Below, piece by piece: positions 60,661 to 64,000 of a DNA stretch of 64,000 nt. Below the pieces are notes generated by a model. That model saw only the letters and a program-made list of their open reading frames with translations. It searched no databases and was not told where the DNA came from. The DNA lies in contig OZ076416.1 of assembly GCA_964187785.1 (NCBI GenBank), positions 48,670,001 to 48,734,000 on the forward strand. Reading direction: 5' to 3'. The DNA is from Amphiscolops sp. MND2022. Taxonomy: Eukaryota. How positions within the stretch are numbered: the stretch's first letter is position 1; the number at the start of each line of letters is the position of its first letter. The position numbers and the translations under genes are program-made.

Positions 60661-61389
60661 CCCTGGGTGAAGTTAAATGCAAATCTTTAAAGATTCTTGC
60701 CAATTTCTTGCTTTTGATGGCTATCTTGCAAGATTGGGGACCTAAATTCAAACCTTGCAAGATTTTTCAGTTGTATACAAATCTTACAAGATATCACAAG
60801 ATTCTTGAAAGAAAAACATTTTGCTGCAAATATCTGACAATGCAAATCTTGCAAGATGATAAATTAGAATACAAGTCTTGCAAGAATCTTGCAAGACCAT
60901 GCAAATCTTGCAACACAACAAATGAGTTATGATAACGTAGTCAAGAGCTTCACCAATTGTCGAAAGAAGATTATTTTCTCTTGTTTTTGCTTTTTCTTCC
61001 AAAAAATGTACGCCTATCATCAATTTAGGTTCGTTCGGCCTAATTTCGAAGTCTCCGTCGTGTACATGATAGAGGTTATTTGTTTTCCAATGTACTACAT
61101 CAAAACTGAGTTTAATTTTTTCTAGAGTTTGCATTTTTGGGTCCTTCACAATTTAAGAAGTGAGACTCTGGCTGTAATGGAGAGTGTCTTTATAAATCGG
61201 ATCCCTTAACTCCATGAATACTTTTGATTTGAAAATTCAAATCTTTCAAGATTCTTTGAGAAAATGTAGATCTTGCAAGGTTATCATTGAAAAAATGTTT
61301 ATCTTGAAAGATTTCTTCAAGAAAAATGCATTTTCTTTAAAGATAAACATGTAAGAATCTTGCAAGATAAGCATTTTTTCTAACTAGGG
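60661..61389. mobile_element. 729-bp MITE with CCC...GGG termini (EnSpm/CMC-like) and TCTTGCAAGA palindrome arrays
   Basis: tt|CCCTGGGTGAAGTTAAATGCAAATCTT.. vs reverse-complement CCCTAGTTAGAAAAAATGCTTATCTT..|tt; numerous TCTTGCAAGA units. Confidence 0.72.
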
Positions 61390-61432
61390 TTTAGTCTTGC
61401 TTTTGGAACTTTGCATCTACTGACTCGGCGAA

Positions 61433-62050
61433 TTATCGTCTCCGTTTCTTTCGACCTTGTTTCCCTCGTTTCTTCTTCCCACCCTTTTTCCCTTGTTTTT
61501 TCGTACTGCCCGAAGGCAGACTTATCAGAGCCAAAATCAAGCATATCAGAACAGCTGTACAACAAATAAAAGCAACCCAGATCATTGCAATTTGCACTTG
61601 GGAACTCACGTATTGTCCACGAAAGTCAGCACTAAGTTCAATGAGATCATAGAAATATGGTGTTTTCAACCATTTAACGTAGATATCAGTCAAAACAGCA
61701 GCTGGAACCAAAAGATTGAAGCTAGTCACTGCAGCGACCACAAGTGTTACAATCATGAAAATGAAGTTTCGCCGCAATTTCGTACAAAGTGCAACTCCAG
61801 CTAAAATGATGGTTGCCACTGCGCTTGCGATAGCAAGAACGTGGAATATGAACACGACCCGAAATTTCACGTTGTTGCCTTCTTTGGACTTGAAAGCTTC
61901 GTCAATGTCGTCATACCAAGTCCCGGTGCATTTGTAAGGTTTTTCGTCCATAACCACGTAGCAAAATATGGGTATCGCCAGAACGGCAAAGAGCAAAGTG
62001 AGGCATGCGAAGACAAGAGCTATTACAATGAAAGTTTTGTAGGTTTGCAT
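61433..62050 (-). CDS. Four-transmembrane claudin/PMP22/EMP-like membrane protein, 205 aa, single coding exon, polybasic C-terminal tail
   Basis: Open 205-aa ORF with four hydrophobic helices (about residues 7-31, 64-89, 96-121, 154-178); GTW in loop 1 resembles the family GLW; acceptor ttcttatcag 2 nt before the ATG. Confidence 0.72.
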   Translation of the reverse strand: MQTYKTFIVIALVFACLTLLFAVLAIPIFCYVVMDEKPYKCTGTWYDDIDEAFKSKEGNNVKFRVVFIFHVLAIASAVATIILAGVALCTKLRRNFIFMIVTLVVAAVTSFNLLVPAAVLTDIYVKWLKTPYFYDLIELSADFRGQYVSSQVQIAMIWVAFICCTAVLICLILALISLPSGSTKKQGKKGGKKKRGKQGRKKRRR

Positions 62051-63934
62051 GTCTGATAAGAATGAACAAATTCTTCAGATGAGTGCTCGTTTTGGTATTA
62101 TTGAATTGTTCGAATTGTTTGAACTTTATACATTTTTTTGAAAGTTGCCATGCTGTTTGATATTCTAGTGCCTTCGAAAAATATTTTCGTTTGTTTTCGG
62201 ACATCACTCCTCTCATATTTTTTTCTGTCAGCAGTCGTTCAATGAGGCTGTTCTTTTAAATCTCATAATCGCCTCGTATTTGCAGCATTTTTACTAAAAA
62301 GTATTTCGAAATATCAGTTTAATGAAAAATAACGCGCAGTTTCTTACACTTTTAAGATGAGAAAAAAACAAAACAGATATACTGGAACGATGTTCAGAAA
62401 AAATCTGGAGCCCGAAATCCCGGGCCAAAAACTTACTGAATTTTTTTGTGAATCTTTAAACATGAAAAATGGATGGTAATTTTTGACAACCAACACAATT
62501 AAAACTAATTTTAATGTACGGTGTACATGTATCTGGAGTACATTTTTAGTAGTAGTTCATACAATACTAGAAACACTAATCTGGAAAATTGATATAGCTC
62601 AGTTTAAGTTAATATGACTTTTTCTGACCTTGATGATCTTAAAAAATTTGTTTACAAGTGGAAAGCTCTTTGAATTTCAAGAAAACGTTACATTTTTGTT
62701 GTTCTTATTTTTCAACTCAAATATTCAGTTGAAAAAACAATCCAGCTTGTTTTTCTGCTGTTAAACATTGAGAACTAATCACCTACTGCTACTTATACAT
62801 TAACATTGAAAGATAAAAAGTGATTCATATTTTTGACTTCTTAGAGTTATGAGAAACATGTCAATGGTTTCTGTCTAGACTCTCGGAGGCGCTAGCTGTC
62901 TTTTTGATGAACTTCAACTTCTTGTTTAACGACAACCCTAACAATGACGACTTTGTTGTAATGGAAGCACAATCAATTTTCATTTAAATAGCTAAAATGT
63001 CCAAATATAAGGAAAAAACTTCTGAAATATAACTTGAATGATTTCTCATTTCTTGTTCTTGACCTGTGGATGGACATTAATTCGAATAAAGTTTCTTTTT
63101 ATATTCTCAAAATGGAGCTAAAGTGATTATTAAGGATTGTGACTGTTCAATCAATAGAAGTCTTCCAGGTGTAATTAGTACCATGCACTCGCTTTTGTAA
63201 AGGCACAGACCTGCGTACCTAAATAGCGTACCTAATTGAATATGACGTGGACATTGCAACAACCTATAGCGGGAAATGGCTTCCAATGAATTTTTAGTCG
63301 ACTCTGTTTTGCGGGGACCGCTTGGACCAAAAAAATTCAATCAAATGGAAGGGGTCTTCTTTGTTTGTGGGCTTGAAAACCAGCTCTTGTTCCTTGTTTT
63401 TTTTCAATGCTTTCACATAATTTTAAATGTGTGGGAGAAAAAAATTCTAGAAACCTAAGTTTTCTGAAGTCCTCTCCGGAACTAAACTGGGCAAAAAACG
63501 ATTCTTTGTTCTTGGAAATTAAAACATGTGGCGGTTTTGTTCATTTTTGAGTTCGTGAAGACGTTGTTGGTCGTCTGAGCTTTCGTTCGGACACCAGCTA
63601 CCGAAAATATCACTTGAAAGCTTGGTATTGGAAAGTCTGTGTAACATTCACTTTTCCGCTTTCAATTCCGTTTTGAAAGCAACACGTTTTTTGATATTCC
63701 ATCATATCCGTGCTCAGGTTTGTTTCAAGGGTTCGAATTTGATTCGTTTTTTTCTCATTTCCCGTACACAACATATAATAGGGTTTGAAGTTTTTGAAAC
63801 ATAGACGCTCACTGAAACGTAGACATCCGAAGATGATGATCCAATTAATACAGTCTAAATGGCTACCAACCCATCTAGAGGAAACATCGAAAAAAATTCA
63901 AACGTAGGTCATGTGGACTAGCTGTATTTAGTAA

Positions 63935-64000
63935 CAAGACGGGAACATCTAAAGTCGGCGCCATACTTAATGCTCAAAAGTTTTGAAAATATACCTCAGG
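63935..64000. mobile_element. Left terminus of another CAAG-TIR family copy (runs off the window)
   Basis: taa|CAAGACGGGAACATCTAAAGTCGGCGCCATACTTAATGCTCAAAA. Confidence 0.75.

Noticed and set aside
63107-63340. 77-aa minus-strand ORF as an exon
   Set aside because: No recognisable motif or clear acceptor; cannot be supported without RNA data.

Overview
AT-rich eukaryotic (animal) genomic DNA with GT-AG introns, roughly two thirds transposon-derived. It could be an invertebrate such as an acoel, but the sequence alone cannot establish the species. Four host genes are supported, all on the minus strand: the 5' part of a BRWD/PHIP-family WD40 gene (8 phase-consistent coding exons, 5754-13140, probably continuing left of the window), a divergent two-exon RPS19 (17929-19103), a three-exon liprin-alpha (20845-26328), and an intronless four-TM claudin/PMP22-like ORF with a polybasic tail (61433-62050). 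Mobile DNA, mostly degenerate or internally deleted: a Tigger/pogo element with a nested Mutator-like element, an hAT element with a perfect 8-bp TSD, a Helitron helicase split by a nested insertion stack, three CRE-clade (RT plus restriction-like endonuclease) retroelement pieces, a 5'-truncated Ty1/copia, a Tc3-like DD34E element, a decayed Ty3/gypsy, several MITEs, and about 10 copies of an abundant TIR family with an internal tRNA-like cassette. No rRNA, intact tRNA or CRISPR array is supported. All calls come from manual motif reading and splice-phase arithmetic; no database search was run.
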